Source: an uncultured bacterium (GTDB lineage: Bacteria; Krumholzibacteriota; Krumholzibacteriia; Krumholzibacteriales; Krumholzibacteriaceae). From it: a DNA stretch of 64,000 bases. Made by a program: the position numbers and the translations under genes. This document shows positions 35,629 to 45,814 of this stretch, in pieces; position 1 is the first letter of the stretch, and every line of letters starts with the position of its first letter. The notes beneath the pieces were generated by a model. The model was not told where the DNA came from. It saw nothing but the letters and a program-made list of their open reading frames with translations, and did no database searches. The stretch lies in the NCBI GenBank assembly GCA_963813815.1, contig CAWFAD010000016.1, positions 352,001 to 416,000 of the forward strand, read 5' to 3'.

Positions 35629-37863
35629 ATGAGGCGGGTTCTCCTCTATATGCTGCCGGTTCTCGTGATTGTGACGGCCGGGCTCGCCGTGCTCGGCGTC
35701 CTTCAGGTACGCTCGGTGCGCGAGCATTTTATGGAAGACCTCGCTCGCAAGGCGCGCACCGTCGCCGAGAGCACCGCGTTCGCCGCCTCCGATCTGCTGT
35801 CCCGCGGCGATTCGGCCGCCGCCAGCCGCCTCGTCGAGGGATTCCAGCGGCGCGAGCAGCTCCAGGGGTGCGTGATCTTCGACCGGCGGGGGCGGATCTT
35901 CGCGATCACGGAGCGCGTGTCCGCGTGGGGAAGCGAAAGCAAGCCCTATATCCGGACCGCCCTCGATACGGGTGTTCCCCGCAGCGGGCTCGAGCGTTAC
36001 GGCACTCTGTCTCTCTACAGCTACGTGCTCCCCATCGAGAACGCGGCGGGCGAGGTCATCGGCGCCGTCGAGGTGGTGTACGACACGGCGTACCTCTTCG
36101 ATACGCTCGCGGGGCTCTGGCGCCGCATCAGCATCGTTCTCATCTCCCTCCTTTCGGTCATCGTGGTCATATCTCTCATCTTCGAACGGCAGACGTACGT
36201 TCTGCCGCTCCGGCGCCTCACGACGTGGTTCAATAGGTTCCAGCGCGGCGAGCTCGACCGGCTGACTCCGTTCAGGGCGCGCGGCGAGCTCGCCAATCTC
36301 GTGAGGGAGGTCGAGCAAGTGGCGCTCAGCCTCCGCGTGGCGCGCCGGACGGTTTCGGGCGAGGCGCAGGAGCGCATTCGAAACGAGGAGCGCTGGACGG
36401 AGGGAAGGCTCCGCGATCTCGTGCTCGCGCGCCTCGGCGAGAATATGCTCTTCGTCGTTTCGAACCGGGAGCCGTACGAGCACGTTTTCGACGAGGCGAG
36501 CGGCGGAGCGCGATGCGTGCGTCCCGCGAGCGGCGTCGTCACCGCGATCGACCCGATCCTGCGAGCATGCGGCGGCACGTGGATCGCTCACGGCAGCGGC
36601 AGCGCCGACCGAAAATTCGTCAACTCGCGGAGCAAGCTCGTCGTTCCCCCCGGCGACGACCGGTACATTCTCAAGCGCGTTTGGCTCACCAAGGAGGAAG
36701 AAGCGGGATATTACTACGGCTTCTCGAACGAGGGGCTCTGGCCGCTCTGCCACGTCACCCATACGCGGCCCGTGTTCCGCGAGAGCGACTGGCGGATGTA
36801 CCGGCGGGCGAACGAGAAGTTCGCCGACGCCGTGATCGAGGAGCTGCCGTCGCGGGCGCCGTTCGTATTCATTCAGGATTACCATTTCACGCTCCTGCCG
36901 CGCCTCATCAAGGAGCGGCGCCCCGACGCCACGGTGGCGCTCTTCTGGCATATTCCGTGGCCGAACCCGGAAGCGTTCGCGATTTGTCCGTATCAGCACG
37001 AAATTCTCGACGGCATGCTCGGCTGCGATCTCATCGGGTTTCATGTGCAGTATCACTGCAACAACTTTCTCGATACCGCGAACCGTCTCGTCGAGTGCCG
37101 CGTCGACACCGAGCGGTTCAGTGTCGTGCGAGCGCAGAAGGAAACCTTCGTGCGTTCCTTTCCGATCAGCGTGGCGCCGCCCGCCGCGGGGGACGCCGAC
37201 CCGGCGATCGCTTCCGAGATCGCCCGGATCCGTCGCGAATTCTCGCTCGAGGGGCGGATCGTGGCGATCGGCGTCGACCGCATCGACTACACAAAGGGGA
37301 TCAAGGAGCGATTCCTCGCGGTCGATCGTTTTCTCGAGAAGTGGCCGGAATACCGGAAGAGGTTCGTGTTCGTCCAGATCGGCGCTCCGAGCCGGACCCA
37401 TATCAAGAGCTATCACGATCTCTCCGCCGAGATCGACGAGCTCGTCCAGAATATCAACTGGAAATACTCCGAGGATTCCTGGGCTCCCATCATCTACCAT
37501 CGGCGGCAGTTCACGCCGGAGGAAATCAGGCCGTACTACGCTCTCGCCGATCTCTGCGTCGTGAGCTCGCTCCACGACGGCATGAACCTTGTCGCCAAGG
37601 AGTTCGTCACCGTCGCGGGGGACCGCCCGGCCATGCTCGTCTTGAGCCGGTTTACTGGGGCGGCGCGGGAGCTCACCGACGCCGTGCTCGTCAATCCGTA
37701 CTCCATCGAGGAATTCGCCGGAGCGATCCGCTTGGCGATCGAGATGCCGGACGCCGAGAAGCGCAAACGGCTCGAAAGCATGCGCTCGATCATCACCGAC
37801 AACAACGTCTACCGCTGGGCCGCGAACATCATCACGGAGCTGACGTCGCTCAAGAGGGAGTGA
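35629..37863 (+). CDS. otsA: Trehalose-6-phosphate synthase fused to an N-terminal TM-periplasmic-TM-HAMP-like module
   Basis: GT20 motifs VSNREP, IQDYHF, FWHIPWP, GVDRIDYTKGI and DGMNLVAKEF after about 265 aa containing two TM helices. Confidence 0.9.
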   Translation: MRRVLLYMLPVLVIVTAGLAVLGVLQVRSVREHFMEDLARKARTVAESTAFAASDLLSRGDSAAASRLVEGFQRREQLQGCVIFDRRGRIFAITERVSAWGSESKPYIRTALDTGVPRSGLERYGTLSLYSYVLPIENAAGEVIGAVEVVYDTAYLFDTLAGLWRRISIVLISLLSVIVVISLIFERQTYVLPLRRLTTWFNRFQRGELDRLTPFRARGELANLVREVEQVALSLRVARRTVSGEAQERIRNEERWTEGRLRDLVLARLGENMLFVVSNREPYEHVFDEASGGARCVRPASGVVTAIDPILRACGGTWIAHGSGSADRKFVNSRSKLVVPPGDDRYILKRVWLTKEEEAGYYYGFSNEGLWPLCHVTHTRPVFRESDWRMYRRANEKFADAVIEELPSRAPFVFIQDYHFTLLPRLIKERRPDATVALFWHIPWPNPEAFAICPYQHEILDGMLGCDLIGFHVQYHCNNFLDTANRLVECRVDTERFSVVRAQKETFVRSFPISVAPPAAGDADPAIASEIARIRREFSLEGRIVAIGVDRIDYTKGIKERFLAVDRFLEKWPEYRKRFVFVQIGAPSRTHIKSYHDLSAEIDELVQNINWKYSEDSWAPIIYHRRQFTPEEIRPYYALADLCVVSSLHDGMNLVAKEFVTVAGDRPAMLVLSRFTGAARELTDAVLVNPYSIEEFAGAIRLAIEMPDAEKRKRLESMRSIITDNNVYRWAANIITELTSLKRE

Positions 37864-37915
37864 CCTCGGCCCGCTCTGGCCCCGGGCCGTCGCACCGGCG
37901 ACCGAAGGCAGCGAC

Positions 37916-38713
37916 ATGAGACACCTATTCGACGATTGGGAACCGGTTCTCGCGCGCATGGCCGGCTCGCACGTGCTCCTCCTTCTCGATTTCGACGGCA
38001 CGCTGGCGCCCATCGCGCCGACGCCCGGCGAGGCCGCGCTCCCGGCGCCGACGCGCTCCGTGCTCGAACGTCTGGTGCGGAGCCCCCGGTGCACCGTCGT
38101 CGTCGTGAGCGGCCGCGCGCTCGACGACATCCGCGCCAAGATCGGACTCGACGGCGTCGTGTACGTGGGCAGCCACGGGCTCGAATCCGACGGGTTTCCC
38201 CCGTACGAACCGACGGCGTCGTTCCGGGAGACGCTCGCTCGCGCGAGGAGCGAGCTCGGGGCGCGCCTCGCCGGCGTGCCGGGCGTGATCTTCGAGGACA
38301 AGAAGGTTTCGCTCGCCGTTCATTACCGGCGCGTCGAGCCGCGAGAGATCGCCCGCGTCGAAAGCGCCGTTCGCGGCGCGGTCGCGGCGCTCGATCACGG
38401 GGAACTGCTGGAAGTCTCCCCCGGAAAGATGGTGTTCGAGTTGCGGCCGCGTCTCGGCTGGAACAAAGGGACGGCCGTCGATCTCGTCGTTCGCGCCGAG
38501 GAACGCCGCCGCGGCGGCTGTGTATTTCCCATCTACGTCGGGGACGATGCCACCGACGAGGACGGATTCCGCGCGCTGGAGGGGCGGGGACTCGCCGTGC
38601 TCGTCGGGGAGAGACCGGAGTCGAACGCAACGCATTTTGTCTCTGATACGGAGGAGGTGGCGCGGATGCTCCGCGAGATCGTCGGACGCTGCGGAGAGCC
38701 GCCCGGCTCATGA
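37916..38713 (+). CDS. otsB: Trehalose-6-phosphate phosphatase
   Basis: LDFDGTLAPI, VSGR, GSHG, NKG and GDDATDEDGF motifs. Confidence 0.92.
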   Translation: MRHLFDDWEPVLARMAGSHVLLLLDFDGTLAPIAPTPGEAALPAPTRSVLERLVRSPRCTVVVVSGRALDDIRAKIGLDGVVYVGSHGLESDGFPPYEPTASFRETLARARSELGARLAGVPGVIFEDKKVSLAVHYRRVEPREIARVESAVRGAVAALDHGELLEVSPGKMVFELRPRLGWNKGTAVDLVVRAEERRRGGCVFPIYVGDDATDEDGFRALEGRGLAVLVGERPESNATHFVSDTEEVARMLREIVGRCGEPPGS

Positions 38714-39378
38714 GCGAGATGCGCGCGCAGAATCCCTTTCGCTTTCATACGCGGCTCCACCTCTCCGAGCTCACGGGGCTCAAGGCGGCCACGATCGCGC
38801 AGCTCCTCGCGCAGGTGCGCTCGGCGCCCGGTTCGAGCATCTACCATCACACGCACCGGTATCTCCAGCAGCACCAATACCTCTCCCCGGAGCCGCCGAA
38901 CGACTTTGCCCACTGGGTGACGTACGAGCTCGGAGACGAGGAGCTCGGCGAGCGGCTCGCTAGCATCGATACCGTCGGCTTTTCGACTATCCGGTCGCTC
39001 CGCGACCGGATCGCGGAGGTTCTCGAGGCGTATCTCGAGGAGAAGCCATCGGCGAAACGGAGGTTTTCCGCCGAGGGCCGCGAATTTCATTTCATAAAAT
39101 CGGTCAGCTTTGTGATCGCGACGAAGCACGTCGCCTGGGACCTCGCCCAGTTCGCCGATGAGCTCGGGAAGGTCACGGTCGACTCCATCTACTATCACAT
39201 GTTCGAGGCGCGTCTCCGCCTCGAGCGGGGCCGGAACGATTTTTCTTTGTGGCTCGAGACTTCGCTCGGCGAACGCAGGATCGCCGAGGAGATCTCGAGG
39301 CTGGATCCTTACACGCGGACACTCGATAATCTCCGGGCCACGATCATCCGGATCGTGGAGAAGCGGATCGGACGGTGA
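38710..39378 (+). CDS. DUF5752 family (TreT-associated OrfY-like) protein
   Basis: Duplicated SIYHH/SIYYH and NDFAHW/NDFSLW motifs; adjacent to treT. Confidence 0.75.
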   Translation: MSEMRAQNPFRFHTRLHLSELTGLKAATIAQLLAQVRSAPGSSIYHHTHRYLQQHQYLSPEPPNDFAHWVTYELGDEELGERLASIDTVGFSTIRSLRDRIAEVLEAYLEEKPSAKRRFSAEGREFHFIKSVSFVIATKHVAWDLAQFADELGKVTVDSIYYHMFEARLRLERGRNDFSLWLETSLGERRIAEEISRLDPYTRTLDNLRATIIRIVEKRIGR

Positions 39379-39379
39379 T

Positions 39380-40591
39380 ATGACGGATATCAACGACTAC
39401 ATTCCGATCGTCGGGCAATCGATCGTCGACGACCTGCGGCTGCTCGCCGAGCGCCTGCAGGGGAAGGTGGTTCAGCACGTCAATTCGACGGCGGTCGGCG
39501 GCGGGGTCGCCGAAATCCTCACCAGGATGGTGCCGCTGCTGCGCGATCTCGGCGTCGACACGCGGTGGGATCTCATCAAGGGCGGAGAGCAGTTCTTCGC
39601 CGTCACGAAAAAGTTTCACAACGCGCTGCACGGGCGCGGCGAGGAGATATCGCGCGCCGACTTCGACGTATTTCTCGACGCGAGCGAGGCCAATATCCGC
39701 GAGGTCGATATTCACGGGGACATCGTCTTCATTCACGACCCGCAACCGATCGCTCTCGTCAATCGCGCGGCCGGCAACAAATGGATTTGGCGCTGCCACG
39801 TCGACGTGTCGAATCCGGACCGGAGGGTGTGGAAGTTCCTCCGCAAGTTCATGGTGTGCTACGACGCGGCGGTCTTCTCGGCGCCCAGCTTTTCACAAGT
39901 GCTTCCGATCCGGCAGTTTCTCATCGCTCCCTCGATCGATCCGCTGAGCGACAAGAACCGGGAGCTTTCCGAGGAGACGATCGCCGCGGTTCTCGAAAAA
40001 TACGGCATTCCGAGGGACAAGCCCATCGTCACGCAGATATCTCGGTTCGACCGTCTCAAGGATCCGATCGGCGTGATACGGGCCCACGCGCAGGTCAGGC
40101 GGTACATCGACTGCCGCCTCGTGCTCGCGGGAGGCACGGCGGAGGACGATCCGGAGGGCATGCAGGTGCTGGAGGAAGCGCGCGAGGAGGCGCGCGGGGA
40201 TCCCGATGTCCATATCCTGCTGCTGCCGCAGAACGATATCGAGGTAAACGCGCTGCAGCGCGCCTCGTCCGTCATCGTCCAGAAATCGCTCAAGGAAGGA
40301 TTCGGGCTGACGGTGTCGGAGGCCCTCTGGAAGGGGAAGCCGGTCGTCGCCTCGAACGTCGGCGGTATTCCGCTGCAGGTCACGCACAAATACTCGGGTC
40401 TCCTGTGCCATTCGATCGAGGGGGCGGCGTTCGCGATCAAGCAGCTCCTTTCGAGCCCCGAGTACGCCCGCAGACTCGGCGAGAACGGCCGCGAACACGT
40501 CCGCAACAATTTTCTCCTGACGCGCCACCTTCGCGATTATCTACTCGTCTTCCTGTCCTTGTACCACGAGGGGGACATCGTCGCCCTCTAG
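39380..40591 (+). CDS. treT: GT4 glycosyltransferase, trehalose synthase TreT-like
   Basis: VNSTAVGGGVAEIL, IHDPQP, WRCHVD, SRFDRLKDP and EGFGLTVSEALWK motifs. Confidence 0.88.
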   Translation: MTDINDYIPIVGQSIVDDLRLLAERLQGKVVQHVNSTAVGGGVAEILTRMVPLLRDLGVDTRWDLIKGGEQFFAVTKKFHNALHGRGEEISRADFDVFLDASEANIREVDIHGDIVFIHDPQPIALVNRAAGNKWIWRCHVDVSNPDRRVWKFLRKFMVCYDAAVFSAPSFSQVLPIRQFLIAPSIDPLSDKNRELSEETIAAVLEKYGIPRDKPIVTQISRFDRLKDPIGVIRAHAQVRRYIDCRLVLAGGTAEDDPEGMQVLEEAREEARGDPDVHILLLPQNDIEVNALQRASSVIVQKSLKEGFGLTVSEALWKGKPVVASNVGGIPLQVTHKYSGLLCHSIEGAAFAIKQLLSSPEYARRLGENGREHVRNNFLLTRHLRDYLLVFLSLYHEGDIVAL

Positions 40592-40705
40592 CTCGGCGCC
40601 GGGCAGGAGGGGGTATCCCGGGGCGCGCCGCATGCTGTATAATGACCTGGACGGAGACGGCTCGCTCCCGGCCGGGTTTTCATTCGAAGGATCCGTCGAA
40701 CGCTC

Positions 40706-41869
40706 ATGAAACCGCTGTACTGGATCTCGCTCGTCCTCATCCTCTATACCTACGCGGGGTATCCGCTCGCGCTCTACCTCTGGGCGCGGTTGCGGCCGCG
40801 GCCCGTTCGAAAGGACCGCTCCGCCGCCGAGCCGCTCGTGACGGTCGTCGTCGCCGCGAGGAACGAGGAGAGCGTCATCGGGAAACGCATCGAGAACCTC
40901 CTCGCGCAGGGCTACCCGCCGCGGAAGCTCGAGATCGTCGTCGTCTCGGACGGATCGAGCGACGGGACGGATCGGATCGTTGCGGCGCTGGCCGAGCGGG
41001 AGGGGGCGACGATTCGGAAGGGCGCGGAACTCCTGCCGCGGATCCGCCTCGTGAAGATCCCCGAGGGCCGGGGGAAGCCGAACGCCCTCAACGCCGGCGT
41101 CGGGATCGCCCGGGGGGAAATCGTCGTTTTCACCGACGCGCGGCAGGAGTTCGAGGCGAACGCCGTGCGCGAGCTCGTGGCGAACTTCGCCGATCCCTCG
41201 GTCGGCAGCGTGAGCGGGGAGCTCGCCTTCCGCGGGCGGGAAGGGGCGGGCGTCGAGACGGAGATGGGGCTCTACTGGACGATCGAGAAATGGATCCGCA
41301 GGACCGAGGGGCTCGTTCATTCGGTCGCCGGGGCCACGGGGGCGATCTACGCGATACGGCGGGGGCTCTACGAGACCGTTCCGGAGGAGACGCTCCTCGA
41401 CGACGTCTACGTGCCGATGAAGATCGTCTGCCGCGGCTACCGGAACGCTTTCGACGAGCGCGCGATCGCGCGCGACGTTTTCTCGAAGAACCTGCCGGAG
41501 GAGAAGCGGCGCAAGATCCGGACGCTGCTCGGGAACTACCAGCTTCTGCGCCTCATGCCGGAGCTGTCCTCGCCGGCGGGCAATCCGATTTTCATCCAGT
41601 TCTTCTCGCACAAGGTGGCGAGGCTCTTCGTGCCGCTGTTCTTTATCGCGCTCCTCGTCGCGTCGGCCCTCGCCACGGGCGCGATCTACCGGCTGACCCT
41701 GTGGGGCGTCGTCGCGCTCGCGCTGCTCGCCGCCTGCCGGCGGCAGGTCGCGCGTCTGCCGGTCGTCGGAAAGCTCGGAGCGGCGGCGAGCACCTTTTTC
41801 ACGCTCAACTACTTCGCGCTCCTCGCGTTCTTTTACCTGTTCAGGCCGGGGAAGAGGCGGATCTGGTAG
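40706..41869 (+). CDS. GT2 family membrane glycosyltransferase (PgaC/IcaA-like)
   Basis: AARNEE, VSDGSSD, GKPNALN, FTDAR and GAIYAIRR motifs; TM helices. Confidence 0.88.
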   Translation: MKPLYWISLVLILYTYAGYPLALYLWARLRPRPVRKDRSAAEPLVTVVVAARNEESVIGKRIENLLAQGYPPRKLEIVVVSDGSSDGTDRIVAALAEREGATIRKGAELLPRIRLVKIPEGRGKPNALNAGVGIARGEIVVFTDARQEFEANAVRELVANFADPSVGSVSGELAFRGREGAGVETEMGLYWTIEKWIRRTEGLVHSVAGATGAIYAIRRGLYETVPEETLLDDVYVPMKIVCRGYRNAFDERAIARDVFSKNLPEEKRRKIRTLLGNYQLLRLMPELSSPAGNPIFIQFFSHKVARLFVPLFFIALLVASALATGAIYRLTLWGVVALALLAACRRQVARLPVVGKLGAAASTFFTLNYFALLAFFYLFRPGKRRIW

Positions 41870-42146
41870 GAGGGGCGAGGAAGACGATCGTCGCGCCCCA
41901 GCCTCCCTCGTCCTCGGCCGCCTGCGCGAAGGAGATCACCCCGTCGGCTCTCGAGAGCGCCGCGCGCACCGTCTCCCGCAGGGCCCCCGTGCCCTTTCCG
42001 TGGATGATGCGCACCCTGAGGATTCCCTTCCCCCGGCAGAGGGAGAGATAGTCGGGCACGAGGCTTTTCACGTCCCCGGGATCGAAAGCGTGGAGATCGA
42101 GGATGCCGTCGATCGGAAGCTCGACGGGCCCTTGTCCATCCGTCAT
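41841..42146 (-). CDS. Smr/MutS2 C-terminal domain protein
   Basis: LDLHAF, RIIHGKGTGALR and GGWGATIV motifs. Confidence 0.88.
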   Translation of the reverse strand: MTDGQGPVELPIDGILDLHAFDPGDVKSLVPDYLSLCRGKGILRVRIIHGKGTGALRETVRAALSRADGVISFAQAAEDEGGWGATIVFLAPPTRSASSPA

Positions 42147-42341
42147 AGAACGCTCCTTACTCCCCCTCGGGGGCGCCGCCGCCGCGATTATTCATCTGGA
42201 CTTTCGCCTTTTCCAGTGATAATTTTCGCTTCTGCGGGGGGCGCGAACCGCCCCCCGAAAAAGGCATGCTCGCAGCGGGACGCCGGTCGCCTTTGCTGGC
42301 GTCTCATTTTTCTTTCAACCCCGAATGGAGGGATCGAAGGT

Positions 42342-43373
42342 ATGAGATCGTTCACGCTCATGATCGCCTGCTTGCTCGCGGTCGCACTCGTAACGGCGGG
42401 CGCGGGCTGTTCGAAGAAGGGCGGAAAGGGTGGCGACGCCGACAGCATCGCCGCGGCGGAAGCGGCGGCGAAGAACATCCTCGTGCGGGTAAACGGCAAG
42501 GACATCTCCCAGCTCGAAGTGGAGCGTCAGCAGGACATGCTCCTCCAGCAGCTCCGCGGCTTCGCCGATTCGGCCCAGGTAGTCTCCATGATGCCGACGA
42601 TCAAACAGCAGGCGCTCGACAACGCCATCAACCGCATTCTCCTCGAGGACGCGGTGAAGACGCTCGGCATCAAGGCCGACAAGGCGATGGTCGACTCCCG
42701 GATCGAGGCCTACCGCAAGAACTTCGTTTCGGAAGAGGCCTACAACGCCGATCTCGCCAAGAGAAACATGAGCGCCGACAAGCTCTACGGAGAGATCGAG
42801 ATCGCGATACAGGCGGAGGAGCTCTTCAAGATACGCACCGCGAGGATCGCGCCCGCGACCGACAAGGAGATCCGCAAGTTCTACGACGATAACGCCGAAC
42901 GTTTCCAGCAGGCCGAGCGGGTTCGCGCGAGCCACATCCTCATCAAGGTGGACAAGACCGATACGGACGAGGTGAAGGCGGAAAAGCGGAAGAAGATCGA
43001 GGGCATCCTCGCCTCCGTCAAGAAGGGCGCCGATTTCGCCGAGGAGGCGCGGAAGAGCTCCGAATGCCCGAGCAAGGAAAACGGCGGCGACCTCGGATTC
43101 TTCGAGCGCGGCAGCATGGTGCCCGAGTTCGAAACCGCGGCGTTCGCGCTCAAGACGGGGCAGATGAGCGGCGTCGTCGAGACGCAGTTCGGCTACCACA
43201 TCATCAAGGTCACCGAGCACGCGAAGCCGGCCGCGACGCCGTTCAACGAGACGAAGCAGCAGATCTCGACGTATCTCATCCAGCAGAAGAGAAACGACGC
43301 GATCGGCGCGTATTTCGACAGCCTCAAGACGGTTTCGAAGATCGAGTATCTCGATTCGACCCTCGTGAAGTAG
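42342..43373 (+). CDS. PpiC-type peptidyl-prolyl isomerase (PrsA/SurA-like lipoprotein)
   Basis: Lipoprotein signal GAGC; VRASHILI, GGDLGFF, MVPEFE and FGYHIIKV motifs. Confidence 0.92.
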   Translation: MRSFTLMIACLLAVALVTAGAGCSKKGGKGGDADSIAAAEAAAKNILVRVNGKDISQLEVERQQDMLLQQLRGFADSAQVVSMMPTIKQQALDNAINRILLEDAVKTLGIKADKAMVDSRIEAYRKNFVSEEAYNADLAKRNMSADKLYGEIEIAIQAEELFKIRTARIAPATDKEIRKFYDDNAERFQQAERVRASHILIKVDKTDTDEVKAEKRKKIEGILASVKKGADFAEEARKSSECPSKENGGDLGFFERGSMVPEFETAAFALKTGQMSGVVETQFGYHIIKVTEHAKPAATPFNETKQQISTYLIQQKRNDAIGAYFDSLKTVSKIEYLDSTLVK

Positions 43374-43459
43374 GAGGGGACCGGACCGGATCCGGCCGCG
43401 GAAGCGATGCAGGGGCGTCTCGCGAGGGGCGCCCCTGCCGTTTTCCGGCCGCGGAACCG

Positions 43460-43795
43460 CTACCGGAGGTATTTTTCGGGGGGCCTGCGCTCGGGCACGT
43501 AGGCGCGCTCGATCGTTCCCGCGTTCCACTCGCGCGATACGTAGAGGTTGCAGTAGCAGCTCCCGTACTCCTTCACGTCCGGCTCGCGGTACACGCAGGG
43601 GCAGAGGATGTCGCGATCCCAGTCGCGATCCCCCGAGGCGAGGCGGCAGGGGCAAGCCATGTATCCGTAGCGCCGCTTGTTCACGATGAGCGCCTCGATG
43701 AGCTCGAGGGTGCGCCCGCGATCCTCGTTGAACGGATATCCCTTGGCCTCCTGCGCCCGCCGCAGCCGCTCGAAGAGCTCTTCCGCTTCCGTCAT
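43460..43795 (-). CDS. Ferredoxin:thioredoxin reductase catalytic subunit
   Basis: CPCRL, CPCVY and CYCNLY motifs. Confidence 0.9.
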   Translation of the reverse strand: MTEAEELFERLRRAQEAKGYPFNEDRGRTLELIEALIVNKRRYGYMACPCRLASGDRDWDRDILCPCVYREPDVKEYGSCYCNLYVSREWNAGTIERAYVPERRPPEKYLR

Positions 43796-44049
43796 AGCGG
43801 GCCCAGCGCTTCCTTGATCTTGTCCTCGCGGTTTCCCACGATCACCGTGCCGTCGATGACGATCGTCGGGAACGACACGGCCGGATTGAGGGCCCGGACC
43901 TCGGCGAGCACGGCGTCTCTCTCCGGCTTCGGTACGAGATCGACGTCGGTGTACTCGTACTCCACGCCGAGATCGTTGAGGAGCTTCTTCGCCGCCCTGC
44001 AATGGCTGCACGTGCTGAGCGTGTAGAGCTTCACGCGCTTGTGCTGCAA
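43792..44049 (-). CDS. Glutaredoxin (NrdH-like)
   Basis: TTG start after GGAGG; LSTCSHC and SFPTIVI motifs. Confidence 0.88.
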   Translation of the reverse strand: MQHKRVKLYTLSTCSHCRAAKKLLNDLGVEYEYTDVDLVPKPERDAVLAEVRALNPAVSFPTIVIDGTVIVGNREDKIKEALGPL

Positions 44050-44253
44050 CTCGGTTCCTCCTTGCATCGCGCCCGTGACGAACGTTTACCTCGAAAGGCT
44101 AATCCCCCGGCCGCCGCCGCGCAACGACTTCTTTCGCCTCGTCCGCGGATCTGCCCGGAACGCCCGGGGGAGGGGGCGGCCTCCCCCGCGGGAGGCCGCC
44201 GGCGACACTTTTCGCTCGTTCGTTTCGTGCCCCGCGCCGTATAATCTCGGCCC

Positions 44254-45795
44254 ATGGAACGGTGCTCCGGAATTCTGCTGCATATTACATCGCTTCCCTC
44301 GGCGCATCCCGTGGGCGATCTCGGCCCGGCCGCCTTCGAGTTCGCCGATTTTCTCGCGAGCGCCCGCCAGCGCGTATGGCAGGTGCTGCCGCTCGGTCTC
44401 ACGGACGGCGCTCACGGCAACTCGCCCTACAGCAGCGTCTCCGCCTTCGCGGGAAACACGCTCCTCGTGAGCCCCGAGGTTCTCGTCGAGGACGGTCTTC
44501 TGCGCCCGGGCGACACGCCGCGGCCGGTCGAGGCGGGCGGACGCTGCGACTACGCCGCCGCCGCCGCGGAGAAGCGGGAGCTTTTCGACCGCGCCTTCGA
44601 CCGCTTCCGGGAGACCGGCTGGATGCGGCCGGAGTTCGAGGAGTTCGCCTCGCGCAACGCGCACTGGCTCGACGACTACGCGCTGTTCATCGCGCTCAAG
44701 CGGCGCTTCCACGGCGTCGTCTGGAACCGGTGGCCGGAGGAGCTGCGAAACCGACGGGAGGAGGCGCTCCGCGCGGCGCGCGAGCGCCACGCTGACGAAA
44801 TCGAGCGGGAGAAGCTCGCGCAGTTTCTCTTTTTCCGTCAGTGGGCGGCGCTCAAGGCTCATTGCAACGGGGCGGGGGTGCGGCTGCTGGGGGACATTCC
44901 GATCTACGTGAACTACGACAGCGCGGACGTCTGGCGCGAGGGAGGCATATTCAAGCTCGACGCGTCGAAGGAGCCGCGGTTCGTCGCGGGGGTGCCGCCG
45001 GATTATTTCAGCGAGACGGGGCAACTCTGGGGAAATCCCGTCTACGACTGGGACGCTCTCCGGACGACCCGGTACCACTGGTGGATGCAGCGGTTCGAGC
45101 ATAACCTCGGGCTGTTCGATATCGTTCGCGTCGATCACTTCCGCGGATTCGTCGGGTACTGGGAGGTTCCGGCGGGGGAGCGGACGGCGATCAAGGGCCG
45201 CTGGGTGAAGGCGCCGGCGGACGACTTCTTCGACGCGCTTCTCCGGCGTTTCCCGGCGCTGCCGATCGTCGCCGAGGATCTCGGCGTCATCACTCCCGAC
45301 GTAAAGGAGGTCATGGCGCGGTTCGGGATCCCCGGGATGAGGGTGCTGCTCTTCGCCTTCGGCGAGGACAATCCGGCCCATCCCTACCTCCCCCACAACT
45401 ACGTCGCGAACTGCTTCGCGTACACGGGCACCCACGACAACAACACGGCGCGGGGGTGGTTCGAGGCCGAGGCGCTCCCGGAGGAGCGCGCGAGGCTCGC
45501 CCGGTATTTCAAGGCCGGCTTCAACGCGGAGAACGTCCATATCGGGCTCATGCGTTTTCTCCTGATGTCGGTCGCCGACACCGTCATCCTGCCGATGCAG
45601 GACGTCCTCGGGCTCGGCGCCGAGGCGCGCATGAACTGTCCCGCCGTTCCGCACGGCAACTGGGAGTGGCGCCTCGCCCCCCGGCAGGTTCATCCGCGCG
45701 TGGCCTACGCCCTCGCGGCCATGACGGAGACCTACGGGCGCGCGGAAACCGCGCCGGCCCCCGGGAAGACGCCCGCGAAACCTCACGGTTCCTAG
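44254..45795 (+). CDS. malQ: 4-alpha-glucanotransferase (GH77)
   Basis: GILLHITSLP, WQVLPL, RVDHFRGF, AEDLG and YTGTHDN motifs. Confidence 0.93.
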   Translation: MERCSGILLHITSLPSAHPVGDLGPAAFEFADFLASARQRVWQVLPLGLTDGAHGNSPYSSVSAFAGNTLLVSPEVLVEDGLLRPGDTPRPVEAGGRCDYAAAAAEKRELFDRAFDRFRETGWMRPEFEEFASRNAHWLDDYALFIALKRRFHGVVWNRWPEELRNRREEALRAARERHADEIEREKLAQFLFFRQWAALKAHCNGAGVRLLGDIPIYVNYDSADVWREGGIFKLDASKEPRFVAGVPPDYFSETGQLWGNPVYDWDALRTTRYHWWMQRFEHNLGLFDIVRVDHFRGFVGYWEVPAGERTAIKGRWVKAPADDFFDALLRRFPALPIVAEDLGVITPDVKEVMARFGIPGMRVLLFAFGEDNPAHPYLPHNYVANCFAYTGTHDNNTARGWFEAEALPEERARLARYFKAGFNAENVHIGLMRFLLMSVADTVILPMQDVLGLGAEARMNCPAVPHGNWEWRLAPRQVHPRVAYALAAMTETYGRAETAPAPGKTPAKPHGS

Positions 45796-45814
45796 CCGGC
45801 GCGGGGGCGGAGGC

